A DNA stretch of 64,000 bases from Polaribacter sp. (GTDB lineage: Bacteria; Bacteroidota; Bacteroidia; Flavobacteriales; Flavobacteriaceae): positions 13,103-77,102 of the forward strand of contig JBLFXB010000001.1 in NCBI GenBank assembly GCA_047611925.1, in the 5' to 3' direction. Made by a program: the position numbers and the translations under genes. Below the pieces are notes generated by a model. That model searched no databases and was not told the origin of the DNA. It saw nothing but the letters and a program-made list of their open reading frames with translations. Below are positions 30,144-41,057 of this stretch, in pieces (within the stretch, counting starts at the first letter, position 1; each line of letters opens with the position of its first letter).

Positions 30144-30929
30144 TTAAACTTCGATATCCTTATCATAAGGTATTTGCTTTAAAATATGATTTATTACATT
30201 AATTCTTGCATCCGTTTTTCTATTTGCTCGTATAACCTTCCATGGTGATTGCTCTGTATTCGTTTTAGAAAACATCGCCTTTTTATAAGTAGTATAATCT
30301 TCCCAAAGTTCTTGTGCTTTTTTATCAACCTTTGTCATTTTCCATTGCTTTAATGGATCACCCTTAATATCAGAAAAACGTTTTTCTTGTTCTTTCTTAG
30401 AAATTGACATGTAAATTTTCACTAAGTAAATCCCCGATTCTGTTATCATGCGTTCAAAATCATTTACTTGATTCATAAAAACATCATATTCTTCTTTAGT
30501 ACAAAACCCATTAACAGGCTCAACAACAGCTCTATTATACCAACTTCTATCAAAAAAAACCATTTCTCCTGCTTTGGGTAATTGATTCACATAGCGTTGA
30601 AAATACCATTGTGTTTGTTCGTCTTCAGTGGGTTTTGCTAAGGCAACAATACGCATATGACGCGGATTAATACGCTCTGTAATTCTACGAATTGCACCAC
30701 CTTTTCCTGCAGCATCTCTACCTTCAAATAGCACAATAACTCTTTCATCATTATTGATAGCCCATGCTTGTAATTTTATTAATTCTACTTGAAGTTTTTC
30801 TAATTTCCTTTCATAATCTACATACCTTACAGCTCTTTCTACATTAATTGGTTCTTTAGATAATAAGGCTAATAACCCTTTTTTAGAGTTTATCTTCTTT
30901 TCTATTAGAGGTATATTTATATTTTCCAT
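30144..30929 (-). CDS. ppk2: Polyphosphate kinase 2
   Basis: FEGRDAAGKGGAI, FFDRSWYNR. Confidence 0.95.
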   Translation of the reverse strand: MENINIPLIEKKINSKKGLLALLSKEPINVERAVRYVDYERKLEKLQVELIKLQAWAINNDERVIVLFEGRDAAGKGGAIRRITERINPRHMRIVALAKPTEDEQTQWYFQRYVNQLPKAGEMVFFDRSWYNRAVVEPVNGFCTKEEYDVFMNQVNDFERMITESGIYLVKIYMSISKKEQEKRFSDIKGDPLKQWKMTKVDKKAQELWEDYTTYKKAMFSKTNTEQSPWKVIRANRKTDARINVINHILKQIPYDKDIEV

Positions 30930-30931
30930 AC

Positions 30932-31801
30932 TTAATCTATTTGATGTACAGATCTAAAATATCGCATAACAATATTTGGATCAGGTAATAAAGTGGTGGT
31001 CGCTAGTTCTTTTCCTTCATAATCAAATTGAGACAATACATGTCTAATTGACTCCAATCTAGCAACTTTCTTGTTGTTTGTTTTAACAATCATCCATGGA
31101 CTATATGTGGTATGTGATTTGCTAAACATTTCTTCTTTGTAGTGCGTGTAAGAATCCCACAATTCTTGCCCTTTTTGATCTACAGGGCTAAACTTCCATC
31201 TTTTTAATGGTGTTTTTTTTCTTGCTTCAAACCTTTTTAATTGTTCCTCTTTAGAAATTGACAACCAAAATTTTATGATGATTAAACCATCTTCATACAA
31301 CATATGTTCAAATTCTGGAACCTGTGTCATAAATTCTTTATACTGGTTTTTCTCACAAAACCCCATTACTGGCTCTACTACCGCTCTATTATACCAGCTT
31401 CTATCAAAAAAAACGATTTCTCCTGGGTTTGGCAATTCTTTAATATATCGCTGAAAATACCATTGTCCTTTTTCTACATTTGTAGGCTTATTTAATGCGA
31501 CCAATCTTGAAGACCTAGGGTTTAAATGCTCCATAAAGCGCCTAATATTACCGCCTTTTCCGGCAGCATCCCTACCTTCAAAAATTACAGCAACGCGTTT
31601 ATTCTCTTTTGAAACCCACCTTTGTAGCTTCACCAATTCTATTTGTAAATCTCTCAGTTCCTTTTCATAAACCAATGTAGGTTGAATTTTTTGAAAAGGT
31701 TTTTTTTTAGATTTAAGAAGCGTAATTAGTTCTTCTTTTGTCTTTATGTTTTGAACTTCTTCAAAAGAAAGTAATTCATTTTTGCCCATATAAAAAATCA
31801 A
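30932..31801 (-). CDS. ppk2: Polyphosphate kinase 2 (second paralogue)
   Basis: FEGRDAAGKGGNI, FFDRSWYNR; the start may be the downstream ATG (MGKNE). Confidence 0.95.
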   Translation of the reverse strand: MIFYMGKNELLSFEEVQNIKTKEELITLLKSKKKPFQKIQPTLVYEKELRDLQIELVKLQRWVSKENKRVAVIFEGRDAAGKGGNIRRFMEHLNPRSSRLVALNKPTNVEKGQWYFQRYIKELPNPGEIVFFDRSWYNRAVVEPVMGFCEKNQYKEFMTQVPEFEHMLYEDGLIIIKFWLSISKEEQLKRFEARKKTPLKRWKFSPVDQKGQELWDSYTHYKEEMFSKSHTTYSPWMIVKTNNKKVARLESIRHVLSQFDYEGKELATTTLLPDPNIVMRYFRSVHQID

Positions 31802-31889
31802 ATTTTAATCTAGCTTAAACGTACAAAAAATTGATGAATTTTAGTCTTAAAAAAGCATGATATTCAGTTACAAATTCTATATTTGTTTT

Positions 31890-32834
31890 ATGCGCACTCT
31901 TTCTTTTCTATTTCTTATATCAATTTCTTTTTGCAGTTTTTCACAAAACAGCTTCTCAAAAGAGTTTAGCCTATTAACAGACAATGACTTATACACGTCT
32001 ACATATAGAGATCGCTATTACACTAATGGTATGTTTTTAACATTTAGAACGGTTGTAAATAATAAAAATATAAAAACAACTAAAAAGATTCATTCCTATC
32101 AAATTGGGCATATGATGTTTACGCCTATAAGAGCAAACTTCCCTTTTGCAAGTGCTCATGATAGACCTTTTGCTAGTTATTTCTATGGAGAATATGGACA
32201 AAGTAGGTTTTACGATTCTCAAAATGTTTTAATTACAAATTTACAAGTTGGTGTTATTGGCCCAATCTCAAAAGGGCAAGAGCTTCAAGATTTCATTCAT
32301 CAAATCTATAATTTCCCAAAAGCTGAAGGATGGAAATACCAAATAAAGAATGCCTTTGCTATAAACTTAAATTCCACGTTTATTAAATATTTCAAGAAAG
32401 CAAGCAGTTCTCATTTTGACTTAAATAGCTATAATGAACTAAGGGTTGGGACAATGTTTACAAGTGCTTCTACAGGATTATATTCTCGGTTTGGTTTTAA
32501 AAAACTGCAAAAATCATCAAATACTGTTGCATTTAATTCTAATTTAAATACTAAACCTGCACAAAATTTTTCAGAATCTTTTATCTATGTAAAACCAATG
32601 ATAAATTATGTTTTATACGATGCAACGATACAAGGCAGCTTTTTAAACACTACAAGTCCTGTTACATTTGACGTAATGCCATTTAATTTTTCTCTTGAAG
32701 TAGGTTATAAGTTTTATAAAAAAAGATTCCTATATGGCTATACCTTTCATTTTCACACTAAAAAACTGAAAAGCTTAAGAGCGACTAAAAATAACACCTA
32801 CGGAAGCATCTATATTGGGTATTTCTTTAATTAA
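31890..32834 (+). CDS. Lipid A deacylase LpxR family (DUF2219) outer-membrane protein
   Basis: DND...DRYYTNG, DRPFA, GW.YQI; the signal peptide begins at ATG 31890. Confidence 0.8.
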   Translation: MRTLSFLFLISISFCSFSQNSFSKEFSLLTDNDLYTSTYRDRYYTNGMFLTFRTVVNNKNIKTTKKIHSYQIGHMMFTPIRANFPFASAHDRPFASYFYGEYGQSRFYDSQNVLITNLQVGVIGPISKGQELQDFIHQIYNFPKAEGWKYQIKNAFAINLNSTFIKYFKKASSSHFDLNSYNELRVGTMFTSASTGLYSRFGFKKLQKSSNTVAFNSNLNTKPAQNFSESFIYVKPMINYVLYDATIQGSFLNTTSPVTFDVMPFNFSLEVGYKFYKKRFLYGYTFHFHTKKLKSLRATKNNTYGSIYIGYFFN

Positions 32835-34273
32835 TCTAGAAAACATTCGTCTTTAAATCCTATTAAATACAGTTTTTCTTGTGCTCTTGTAGCTGCTGTA
32901 TATAACCACCGCAAATAGTCTGTATTAACACCTTCGGGTAAATATGGCTGCTCAATAAAAACAGTTTGCCATTGTCCTCCCTGAGATTTATGACATGTCA
33001 TTGCATAGGCAAATTTTACTTGTAACGCATTAAAAAACTTGTTGTTTTTTATTGCTAGCAATTGTTTGTATTTCGATTTCTCATCAGCAAAATCCTCTTT
33101 TACAGCTTGATATAATTTATTTGACTCCTCATATGATAAAGAAGGAGATTCACTCGTTAATGTATCTAATAGTAAAACTGTTTCGAAAGGTTTTTGATTT
33201 GGGTAATCAATCATTCTAACCTCAACTTCTGCAAATCTATACCCATATAACTCTTTAGTTGAATTGATTCTCATGATTTCACAAATGTCACCATTCGCAA
33301 TAAAGCCCGCTTCAGATGAATCTTTTAACCAATAATAATTATTCTTTACAACCATAACGTAATCACCTGTAGAGATCTCGTTTTCTTGACCTCTAACTTT
33401 AGTTCTTATTTGCTGATTGTATTGATTTGCTCTTTTATTAGATCGCACAATAAATGCGGTGTCTTCTACGCCATTATTATCATAAGCAACGGTAATTGCA
33501 TCTTCAATATCATATCCATCTTCTAAACGAATAATATCAGGAAAATTTAAATCGAATTGAAAATTAGTAGAATTATTATCAATCAGCATTCTTAAATGTG
33601 TTGCGTTGGCTAAAATTCCTGAATTTTCATGTTGACGCATTACTTCATCTAATTCAATCTCTGTTACATCTTTATGATAATCAAGCTCTAAAGTTCTAGC
33701 TTCTAAAGCTGGACTAACATTCAGTTTTACTGGTGGCAACTGCGCGGTATCACCAATAAAAATAATTTTACAATTTTTACCAGAATACACATAAGAGATT
33801 AAATCGTCTAATAAAGAGCCTGTGTCAAACAATTTGGCATTACTAGGCCTATCTGGAATCATAGATGCTTCATCTACAATAAAAATAGTATTTGTATGCT
33901 TATTTGGTTGTATTACAAAATCTACAGAACCATTTTTTTGCTTTTTTGGAAAATAAATTTTCTTATGTATGGTTAAAGCTTGTCTTTTAGAGTATCCAGA
34001 AATCACTTTGGCGGCTCTACCTGTTGGAGCTAGCAAAACGGCTTTCTTACCTACTTTAGAAAGAGAATTCACCACCGTGCTTATGGTTGTCGTTTTTCCA
34101 GTACCCGCGTATCCTTTAAGTAAAAACAAGGCATGGTTATTGTTATCAAATATAAAACTTGTTAACTTGTTTAACAACTCGTGTTGTTTTCTCGTTGGTT
34201 CAAAAGGAAACTTTTGAAGAAGTTCTTTATAAAAATCTGTTGTTGTTTCTATCATAAAAAAATCAAAAGACAA
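32831..34273 (-). CDS. RecD-like ATP-dependent SF1 helicase
   Basis: GYAGTGKT, LAPTGRAAK, VDEASM, GDTAQLPPV, YAMTCHKSQG, YTAATRA; true start probably a few codons downstream. Confidence 0.9.
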   Translation of the reverse strand: MSFDFFMIETTTDFYKELLQKFPFEPTRKQHELLNKLTSFIFDNNNHALFLLKGYAGTGKTTTISTVVNSLSKVGKKAVLLAPTGRAAKVISGYSKRQALTIHKKIYFPKKQKNGSVDFVIQPNKHTNTIFIVDEASMIPDRPSNAKLFDTGSLLDDLISYVYSGKNCKIIFIGDTAQLPPVKLNVSPALEARTLELDYHKDVTEIELDEVMRQHENSGILANATHLRMLIDNNSTNFQFDLNFPDIIRLEDGYDIEDAITVAYDNNGVEDTAFIVRSNKRANQYNQQIRTKVRGQENEISTGDYVMVVKNNYYWLKDSSEAGFIANGDICEIMRINSTKELYGYRFAEVEVRMIDYPNQKPFETVLLLDTLTSESPSLSYEESNKLYQAVKEDFADEKSKYKQLLAIKNNKFFNALQVKFAYAMTCHKSQGGQWQTVFIEQPYLPEGVNTDYLRWLYTAATRAQEKLYLIGFKDECFLD

Positions 34274-34357
34274 AGATAAGAATTGATTTATGCTTAAAAA
34301 TTTTTATGATTAAAAAAAAATTGTAGATTTGCGAATAATCATTTAAAAACTATACGA

Positions 34358-35098
34358 ATGTTAATTACTATTATTGCCGCTATTATCGTTACTGGTATTA
34401 TTGCTTTTTTAATTGTAAAATATTTACCATTAAAATTAAGACCAATACTTTCTATACTTTTATTAGTATTAGCTATTTTTTTAACATGGAAAATTTATGA
34501 TGGCGTTATGAAGCCCATCAATTTTCATAAAAACAAAGTGGCAGTTTACGAAAAAGTAATTACAAAGTTAAAAATGATTAGAGATGGGCAAGTTGCTCAT
34601 AAAGAAGTAACAGGTAAATACGCTAGTACACTTAGTGGATTAGTTCAGTTTATAGATACTGCTCAATTAGCTTTAACAAATACAACAACTATAGTAGAAC
34701 AAGTAAACAAAGGGACTAGAAGGCAGCCAATTATGGTGCCTATAGAAAGAAGAGTTACAGATACTATTGGGTACGAACCTGTCCTTTCTAAGTTTAAAGG
34801 AAGAGACTATAAGAACATGGCAAGTGTGCCTAGTACTGATAAAGAGTTTAAGGTTGAATTAGGCACTGTAGAAAAAGTAATTGGTTTACAAGTAGATGTT
34901 TTCTTTGCTAGTGTAGCTAAAATAGATATATTGAAAGGAATGGATGCTTCTTTAGTGAAACAAGAACTAGAAGCAAACACAACTGACGAAATTAAAGGAG
35001 AACTTGTTTCTGTTGGTTCTTTAAACGAAGTAACAACTGGTGGTAACTGGCCTCCTTCATATGATAAAAATGATCGTGCAAAAAAAGACGATAAATAA
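34358..35098 (+). CDS. Hypothetical membrane protein (two N-terminal TM segments)
   Basis: Long ORF with hydrophobic N-terminus; likely operon with DUF3822 and rsmD. Confidence 0.75.
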   Translation: MLITIIAAIIVTGIIAFLIVKYLPLKLRPILSILLLVLAIFLTWKIYDGVMKPINFHKNKVAVYEKVITKLKMIRDGQVAHKEVTGKYASTLSGLVQFIDTAQLALTNTTTIVEQVNKGTRRQPIMVPIERRVTDTIGYEPVLSKFKGRDYKNMASVPSTDKEFKVELGTVEKVIGLQVDVFFASVAKIDILKGMDASLVKQELEANTTDEIKGELVSVGSLNEVTTGGNWPPSYDKNDRAKKDDK

Positions 35099-35900
35099 TA
35101 TTATAAAAGATAATTATAGAAAAGCATTATCCATCCAATTTAGTTTGGGTGGATTTTCTTTTTGTATCTCTAATCTACAAACAAAAGAGATACAAAATTT
35201 CACGTCGTATACTTTTGATACAGTTATCCCTTCACCAGAGGCTTTACTAACTGAAATAGAGGCTCTTTACATCGAAAATACAATATTAAAACAAGCCTTT
35301 GAAAGTATAACTATCATCCATCAAAACAATTTATCTACATTAGTTCCAGCGCCATTATTTGACGAGAACGAACTACATGTTTATTTAGATTACAATATTA
35401 AAACATTAGCAAATGACTATGTCGCTTTTGATACATTAACTCAATTAGACATAAAAAATGTGTACGTACCTTATGTAAACATTAATAATTTTTTCTTTCA
35501 AAAGTTTGGAGAGTTCGATTACAAACATCATGCAACAGTTTTAATTGATAAATTAATTTTACATTCTAAAAATAATTCAGAAAAGAAATTATTTGTAAAT
35601 GTTACCAATAACAATTTTGATATTGTTGTTGTAGAAAATTCTAAATTACTTTTTTACAATTCATTTTCTTTCAGAACAAAAGAAGATTTTATTTATTACA
35701 TACTTTTTACAGCAGAACAATTACAATTAAATCCAGAAGAGCTTTTATTATACTTCATTGGAAATATAGAAGAAGAATCTGAATTATATCACACTACATA
35801 TCAATATATTAGAAATGTAGCTTTCATTAAAATTGACAATACCTTTTTTGACAACGAAAAAGACATCTCTAATCATACAAATTATATAACGACACCATAA
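35040..35900 (+). CDS. DUF3822 family protein
   Basis: LSIQFSLGGFSF, TLVPAPLF, YNSF..RTKEDFIYYILF; upstream of rsmD; start uncertain. Confidence 0.8.
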   Translation: MVTGLLHMIKMIVQKKTINNIIKDNYRKALSIQFSLGGFSFCISNLQTKEIQNFTSYTFDTVIPSPEALLTEIEALYIENTILKQAFESITIIHQNNLSTLVPAPLFDENELHVYLDYNIKTLANDYVAFDTLTQLDIKNVYVPYVNINNFFFQKFGEFDYKHHATVLIDKLILHSKNNSEKKLFVNVTNNNFDIVVVENSKLLFYNSFSFRTKEDFIYYILFTAEQLQLNPEELLLYFIGNIEEESELYHTTYQYIRNVAFIKIDNTFFDNEKDISNHTNYITTP

Positions 35901-36452
35901 ATGCGTATAATTTCTGGAAAACATAAAGGAATAAGACTATCAGCCCCTAAGAAACTACCTGTAAGACCTACTACAGATATGGCTAAAGAATCATTATTTA
36001 ACATCTTAAATAATCATTATTATTTTGAAAATTTAGACGTAATTGATTTGTTTACCGGAACAGGTAATATCAGTTTTGAATTCGCTTCTCGTGGATCTAA
36101 AAATATCTATAGTATAGATCAACACTTTGGTTGTATAAAATATGTTAATGAGACATCAAAAAAGCTGAATTTAGACATTATAACATACAAGAGCGATGTC
36201 TATAAGTTTTTAGAAAAAACGCCTTTAAAAGCCGATGTTATTTTTGCGGATCCTCCCTACGATTTTGAAAAAGAACAATTTTTAAAGATTGCGAATCTTA
36301 TTTTTGAAAGAGAAATACTGAATCAAGAAGGTTTATTAGTGATAGAACATTCAAAACACACCGATTTGTCTTCCCATACAAACTACAGCTATTCAAAAAG
36401 ATATGGAGGGAATATGTTTAGCTTTTTTGAGAATATTGATATAGAGGAGTAA
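35901..36452 (+). CDS. rsmD: 16S rRNA m2G966 methyltransferase RsmD
   Basis: MRIISG, RPTTD..KESLFN, DLFTGTG, FADPPY. Confidence 0.93.
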   Translation: MRIISGKHKGIRLSAPKKLPVRPTTDMAKESLFNILNNHYYFENLDVIDLFTGTGNISFEFASRGSKNIYSIDQHFGCIKYVNETSKKLNLDIITYKSDVYKFLEKTPLKADVIFADPPYDFEKEQFLKIANLIFEREILNQEGLLVIEHSKHTDLSSHTNYSYSKRYGGNMFSFFENIDIEE

Positions 36453-36462
36453 AAAATAACTT

Positions 36463-37803
36463 ATGAAACAGGTTAATTGTTCAATACTTATTATTTTTTT
36501 ATGCCTGTTTTTAAATACCTTTACTTTAAGGGCACAGCAGCAAAAAGAAATTCCAAAAGAAGAACGTTTAGCTTGGTTTAAAGATGCTAAACTCGGTATT
36601 TTTATTCACTGGGGTATTTACGCTGTAAACGGAATTGATGAATCTTGGTCTTTTTACAACAATTACATTTCATATACAGATTATATGAAACAGTTAAACG
36701 GGTTTACTGCCAAGAACTACAATCCAAATAAATGGGCGAAACTCATCAAAGAAGCTGGTGCAAAATACACTATAATTACCACCAAACATCATGATGGTGT
36801 TGCTTTATGGGATTCTAAATTCGGCACTTTAAATACCGTAAATAAAACACCGGCTAAAAAAGACCTCATAAAACCTTTTGTTAAAGCGATTAGAAAGCAA
36901 CATTTAAAGGTAGGGCTGTATTATTCATTATTAGATTGGTCTTATCCAAATTATCCAAACTTTACGAAAACAAAAAATCGATATAAAAAGGATGAAAAAA
37001 AATGGGAAGATTTTACAAAATATAACTTTGGGCAATTGAATGAATTAACTCAATTTAACCCTGACTTATATTGGTTTGATGGCGATTGGGAACAACCAGC
37101 AGAGAAATGGAAAGCGAAAGAAATCAGACAGCTTTTATTGGCTAAAAACCCAAATACAATTATCAATTCTAGACTGCAAGGTTATGGCGATTACGCAACA
37201 CCAGAACAAGGTATTCCTATAAAAAAACCAATAAGTAAATTTTGGGAATTATGCATGACCATGAATAATTCATGGGGCTATCAACCAAATGACAAGGATT
37301 ATAAAACAGTAAATCAAATTATTAGAATATTGGTTGATTGTATTAGCATGGGAGGTAATTTACTATTAGACATTGCTCCGAAGCCAGACGGAACTATCCC
37401 TTCTGAACAAGTAACAATTCTAAAAGGTCTAGGTAGGTGGACCAAAAAGCATAAAGAAGGTATTTATGGTACAAGGGCTGGAATTCCAAAAGAACATTTT
37501 AACGGATATACCTCGCTATCAAAAGATAAAACTATTCTATATTTATATGTGGACAATAAACCAAATGGCCCCCTTTTAATTAAAGGATTAAAAAATAAGG
37601 TAAATAGAATTTGGGTTGTTGGTAATGGTACTAAATTATCTCATAAAGTAATAGGGAAGAATTACTGGAGCTCAGTTCCTGGAATGTTATATATAGATGT
37701 TCCGAAAAAGGTTCAAGATAAAGATGTAACTGTTATAGCTGTACTTCTAAAAGGAAAAATAGCGCTGTTTAATGAAGAGGTAAAAGCAATAGAAAGCAAT
37801 TAA
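36463..37803 (+). CDS. GH29 alpha-L-fucosidase, secreted
   Basis: KLGIFIHWG, TTKHHDG, WFDGDW, NSWGY, GGNLLLDI; signal peptide. Confidence 0.92.
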   Translation: MKQVNCSILIIFLCLFLNTFTLRAQQQKEIPKEERLAWFKDAKLGIFIHWGIYAVNGIDESWSFYNNYISYTDYMKQLNGFTAKNYNPNKWAKLIKEAGAKYTIITTKHHDGVALWDSKFGTLNTVNKTPAKKDLIKPFVKAIRKQHLKVGLYYSLLDWSYPNYPNFTKTKNRYKKDEKKWEDFTKYNFGQLNELTQFNPDLYWFDGDWEQPAEKWKAKEIRQLLLAKNPNTIINSRLQGYGDYATPEQGIPIKKPISKFWELCMTMNNSWGYQPNDKDYKTVNQIIRILVDCISMGGNLLLDIAPKPDGTIPSEQVTILKGLGRWTKKHKEGIYGTRAGIPKEHFNGYTSLSKDKTILYLYVDNKPNGPLLIKGLKNKVNRIWVVGNGTKLSHKVIGKNYWSSVPGMLYIDVPKKVQDKDVTVIAVLLKGKIALFNEEVKAIESN

Positions 37804-37891
37804 CTACAACAGAGAGAACAACCAACTCGCTAACAAGAAAGACGCTACAAATACGATCACGGCAATTATATATATCTTTTTATTTTTCATG

Positions 37892-38845
37892 TTACAATAA
37901 AGAAGTAATTATTTCACTAATTGAGATGCCTTCTGCTTCGGCTTTATAGTTTTTAACGATTCTATGTGATAAAATTGGTGTTGCAACTGCTTTAACATCT
38001 TCAATGTCAGGTGAGAATTTACCATTAATAGCTGCATTTGCTTTTGCTGCTAATATTAAATTCTGAGAAGCTCTTGGTCCTGCACCCCAATCAATATAAT
38101 TCTTCACAAAATCAGAAGCATTTTTTCCACTAGGTCTCGTTTTAGCAACTAAAGACACTGCGTACTCTACAACATTATCTGCTACAGGAATTCTTCTTAT
38201 TAATTGTTGAATATCAAGAATTTCTTTTGATGAAAAAATAGGGGAAATTTTTTCTGTAATATTTGATGTGGTCTTTTTCACGACTTCTACTTCTTCTTCA
38301 AAAGTTGGGTATTCTAAATTAATAGAGAACATAAAACGGTCTAATTGAGCTTCTGGCAAAGGATATGTTCCTTCTTGCTCAATAGGGTTTTGTGTAGCCA
38401 ACACGTAAAAAGGCAACTCTAATTTATAATGATGTCCTGCAATAGTAACTGAACGCTCTTGCATTGCCTCTAATAGCGCTGCTTGAGTTTTTGGTGGCGT
38501 TCTATTAATTTCATCCGCCAAAATAATATTGCTAAAAATTGGACCTTTTATAAAAGTAAATTTTCGGTTTTCATCTAATATCTCACTTCCTAAGATATCT
38601 GAAGGCATTAAATCTGGGGTAAACTGAATTCTTTTAAAATGAAGTCCTAGTGCATCAGAAACAGTCTGAACTAGTAATGTTTTTGCTAAACCTGGAACTC
38701 CAATTAGTAATGAATGTCCTCCACAATAGATAGACATCAAAACATAGTTAACAGCTTCTTCTTGCCCAACTATTACTTTAGATATCTCTTTTTTTAATAC
38801 AAAGGTTTTCTCTACTAATTGTTTAATTGCAGCTACATCAGACAT
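37892..38845 (-). CDS. moxR: MoxR family AAA+ ATPase
   Basis: GVPGLAKT, RIQFTPDLMPSD, DEINR, ATQNPIEQEGTYPLPEAQLDRF. Confidence 0.95.
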   Translation of the reverse strand: MSDVAAIKQLVEKTFVLKKEISKVIVGQEEAVNYVLMSIYCGGHSLLIGVPGLAKTLLVQTVSDALGLHFKRIQFTPDLMPSDILGSEILDENRKFTFIKGPIFSNIILADEINRTPPKTQAALLEAMQERSVTIAGHHYKLELPFYVLATQNPIEQEGTYPLPEAQLDRFMFSINLEYPTFEEEVEVVKKTTSNITEKISPIFSSKEILDIQQLIRRIPVADNVVEYAVSLVAKTRPSGKNASDFVKNYIDWGAGPRASQNLILAAKANAAINGKFSPDIEDVKAVATPILSHRIVKNYKAEAEGISISEIITSLL

Positions 38846-38851
38846 TAATGG

Positions 38852-40231
38852 TTAGTTTTCTTTTCTCCAATTTTTATCGAACTTACACTTGTATTTATCG
38901 CTAATTTTAATGTAAGTATCTTGAATTTTTTCTTTAGACCATTTTGTAATGTTCTCTTCTTTTTTCTTTTGTAACGCTAATTTTTGAATCTTAACATAGT
39001 CGTTAATTAAGTCTGCCTTGTGCGTTAACGTTCTTTCTTTCATAAAGATGATTTTATACATCTTCTCTCCTTCTCTTGTTTCTTCATAAAAAGGCTCTGT
39101 AACTTCACCTTGTTTTGTATTAATTACTCTTGCATAAAGAGTTGGATCCATTCTAGTTAAATCGAAACGAGTATCACCAGTTACTGGATTTACGATTAAC
39201 CCACGATTGTTTTTTGTATCAGTATCTTCAGAGAATTTTGTAACAGCTTCTTCAAAAGTGATTTTAGCAAAAAGAACATCTTTTCTTATATCAGAAATTT
39301 TCTTTTTTGCTTCCTCTAACTTAGAACTTAAAATTTCTGGTTGCATTAAAATATGTGACACCTCTCTTGATTTCCCTTTAATAGCATGTAATAAAACAAT
39401 ATGATATCCAAACGGAGTTTCAAAAGGTTCAGAAACTTGACCTATATCTAAAGAAAAAGCGGCTTCTTTAAACTCTTTGATAAATTGTGTGTCTTTAGAG
39501 ATTGCTCCTAAGTTACCCCCATTTTGAGTAACAGATGGGTCATCAGAATTTAAGATTGCTTTCATTTTAAAATTAGCGCCTTCTTCTACTTCTTTTTTAA
39601 TTGTTTCAAGTTTTTTTAGAACTCTTTGTTTTTCTTCTAAACTAGGCTGAGCATACAAAACAATTTGTGCCATTTCTATTTCTGCCTGAAATTCTGGTAG
39701 TTGGTTTGTGTTTTTAAGACTGTTAAAATAAATTCTAATTTCTTCTGGGGTAATATCAACACCTTCGTTAATTTTCCCTTGTTCTTTTCTTACTAAAGAA
39801 TTTTCTTTTTCTATAGCAAACAACTCCTTTCTTAAATCAGCGATATCGTTAAAACCATACGTTTCAACTACCTTTTCTACACTTCCATATTGCTGTGTAA
39901 AATAAGCAATGTTTCTATCTACACTAGAAGTCACCTCTGCTTCTACTACTAAAACACTATCAATTACTGCATGGTGTGATAATAATTTCTGCAACATTAA
40001 TTGTTCTAACATTTCGCAATCAGAAATTTTAATTTTTCCTTCACTACGTTGTTCTATGTCTAACTTAAACTTTGCGATGTCTGAACTTAAAACAACATTT
40101 TTTCCAACAACCACATCTACTCCATCAATCTTACTCATTTGAGCATTCATTGTTAGTGTAAACAGCGTTAAAATAAAAATAAGTAATGGGGAGTTTTTAA
40201 TATTCTTTAAAGTACTTGTTCTGTATTGCAT
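38852..40231 (-). CDS. surA: SurA-like parvulin peptidyl-prolyl isomerase
   Basis: IDGV..VVG...VL.SD N-domain; GGNLG and ETPFGYHIV parvulin motifs. Confidence 0.85.
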   Translation of the reverse strand: MQYRTSTLKNIKNSPLLIFILTLFTLTMNAQMSKIDGVDVVVGKNVVLSSDIAKFKLDIEQRSEGKIKISDCEMLEQLMLQKLLSHHAVIDSVLVVEAEVTSSVDRNIAYFTQQYGSVEKVVETYGFNDIADLRKELFAIEKENSLVRKEQGKINEGVDITPEEIRIYFNSLKNTNQLPEFQAEIEMAQIVLYAQPSLEEKQRVLKKLETIKKEVEEGANFKMKAILNSDDPSVTQNGGNLGAISKDTQFIKEFKEAAFSLDIGQVSEPFETPFGYHIVLLHAIKGKSREVSHILMQPEILSSKLEEAKKKISDIRKDVLFAKITFEEAVTKFSEDTDTKNNRGLIVNPVTGDTRFDLTRMDPTLYARVINTKQGEVTEPFYEETREGEKMYKIIFMKERTLTHKADLINDYVKIQKLALQKKKEENITKWSKEKIQDTYIKISDKYKCKFDKNWRKEN

Positions 40232-41057
40232 CGTTAATTAACGTTTTTTCTATATCTCTAATTAATTCTAGTTTTCTTTTGTGTAAAATCATCTGTTTTA
40301 TTGTTGGAGTGATATAGTTTAAAGGTGCTATATCGTTCCTTTCTAAAACATTTTTTACAGTCACCAAATATACCCCTAAAGAATCTTCTTTTTGTATGAA
40401 TTTTGTTTTTTTTAACAATAATTCTTTCGGATTCTCTTCAAATTTTGGAATTTTTAACAAAACGTCTTCTACTTTAATCCAAGTTGAATCATTTAAGTTC
40501 ACTGCTTTGAAGTTTAACTCTTGATTTTCTAATAAAATTAAATCTTCATATTTATCTGATTTAAATTGTGCTATTATTTCTTTTGGATCTAAAATGTTTT
40601 TACCAAAATGTAAATATTTAATTTTAACCAGCTCTTCATTTAGCCTAAAATTCTGATTATTTAAGTTATAATAGCGCGTAATTTCATCAATTGTAATAGC
40701 CGTGTCTAATTGCTGTTTTATAAGTCTCTCTTTATATCCATTAACCAATAAACTACTCTTATAATCTTGTACTAGTTTGGTATAGCTATCGTTTTCTTCT
40801 CTTGATAAGTTTTCTTCTGCTCTTTTTTTTAATATTTCTTGAGTAGCCCAATTGTTAATTATACTTTTTACAACAAGCAAACTATCCTTACCAGAAATGT
40901 TTTCAGGAATTAACTTTATAATGTTTTTCTTATATAAAAAGGAATTATAGACCTGAGCTATTGGCGTGTCTTCTTTACTACTCTTCTTTTCAAAGTCAAA
41001 AAACTGACAGGAAACAAAAGTTGAAAACAAACAGATATACAACAGTCTTTTAATCAT
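40197..41057 (-). CDS. PPIase-associated lipoprotein
   Basis: Lipobox FVSC; lies between two parvulin genes; EI..YY..N..NF motif. Confidence 0.7.
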   Translation of the reverse strand: MIKRLLYICLFSTFVSCQFFDFEKKSSKEDTPIAQVYNSFLYKKNIIKLIPENISGKDSLLVVKSIINNWATQEILKKRAEENLSREENDSYTKLVQDYKSSLLVNGYKERLIKQQLDTAITIDEITRYYNLNNQNFRLNEELVKIKYLHFGKNILDPKEIIAQFKSDKYEDLILLENQELNFKAVNLNDSTWIKVEDVLLKIPKFEENPKELLLKKTKFIQKEDSLGVYLVTVKNVLERNDIAPLNYITPTIKQMILHKRKLELIRDIEKTLINDAIQNKYFKEY

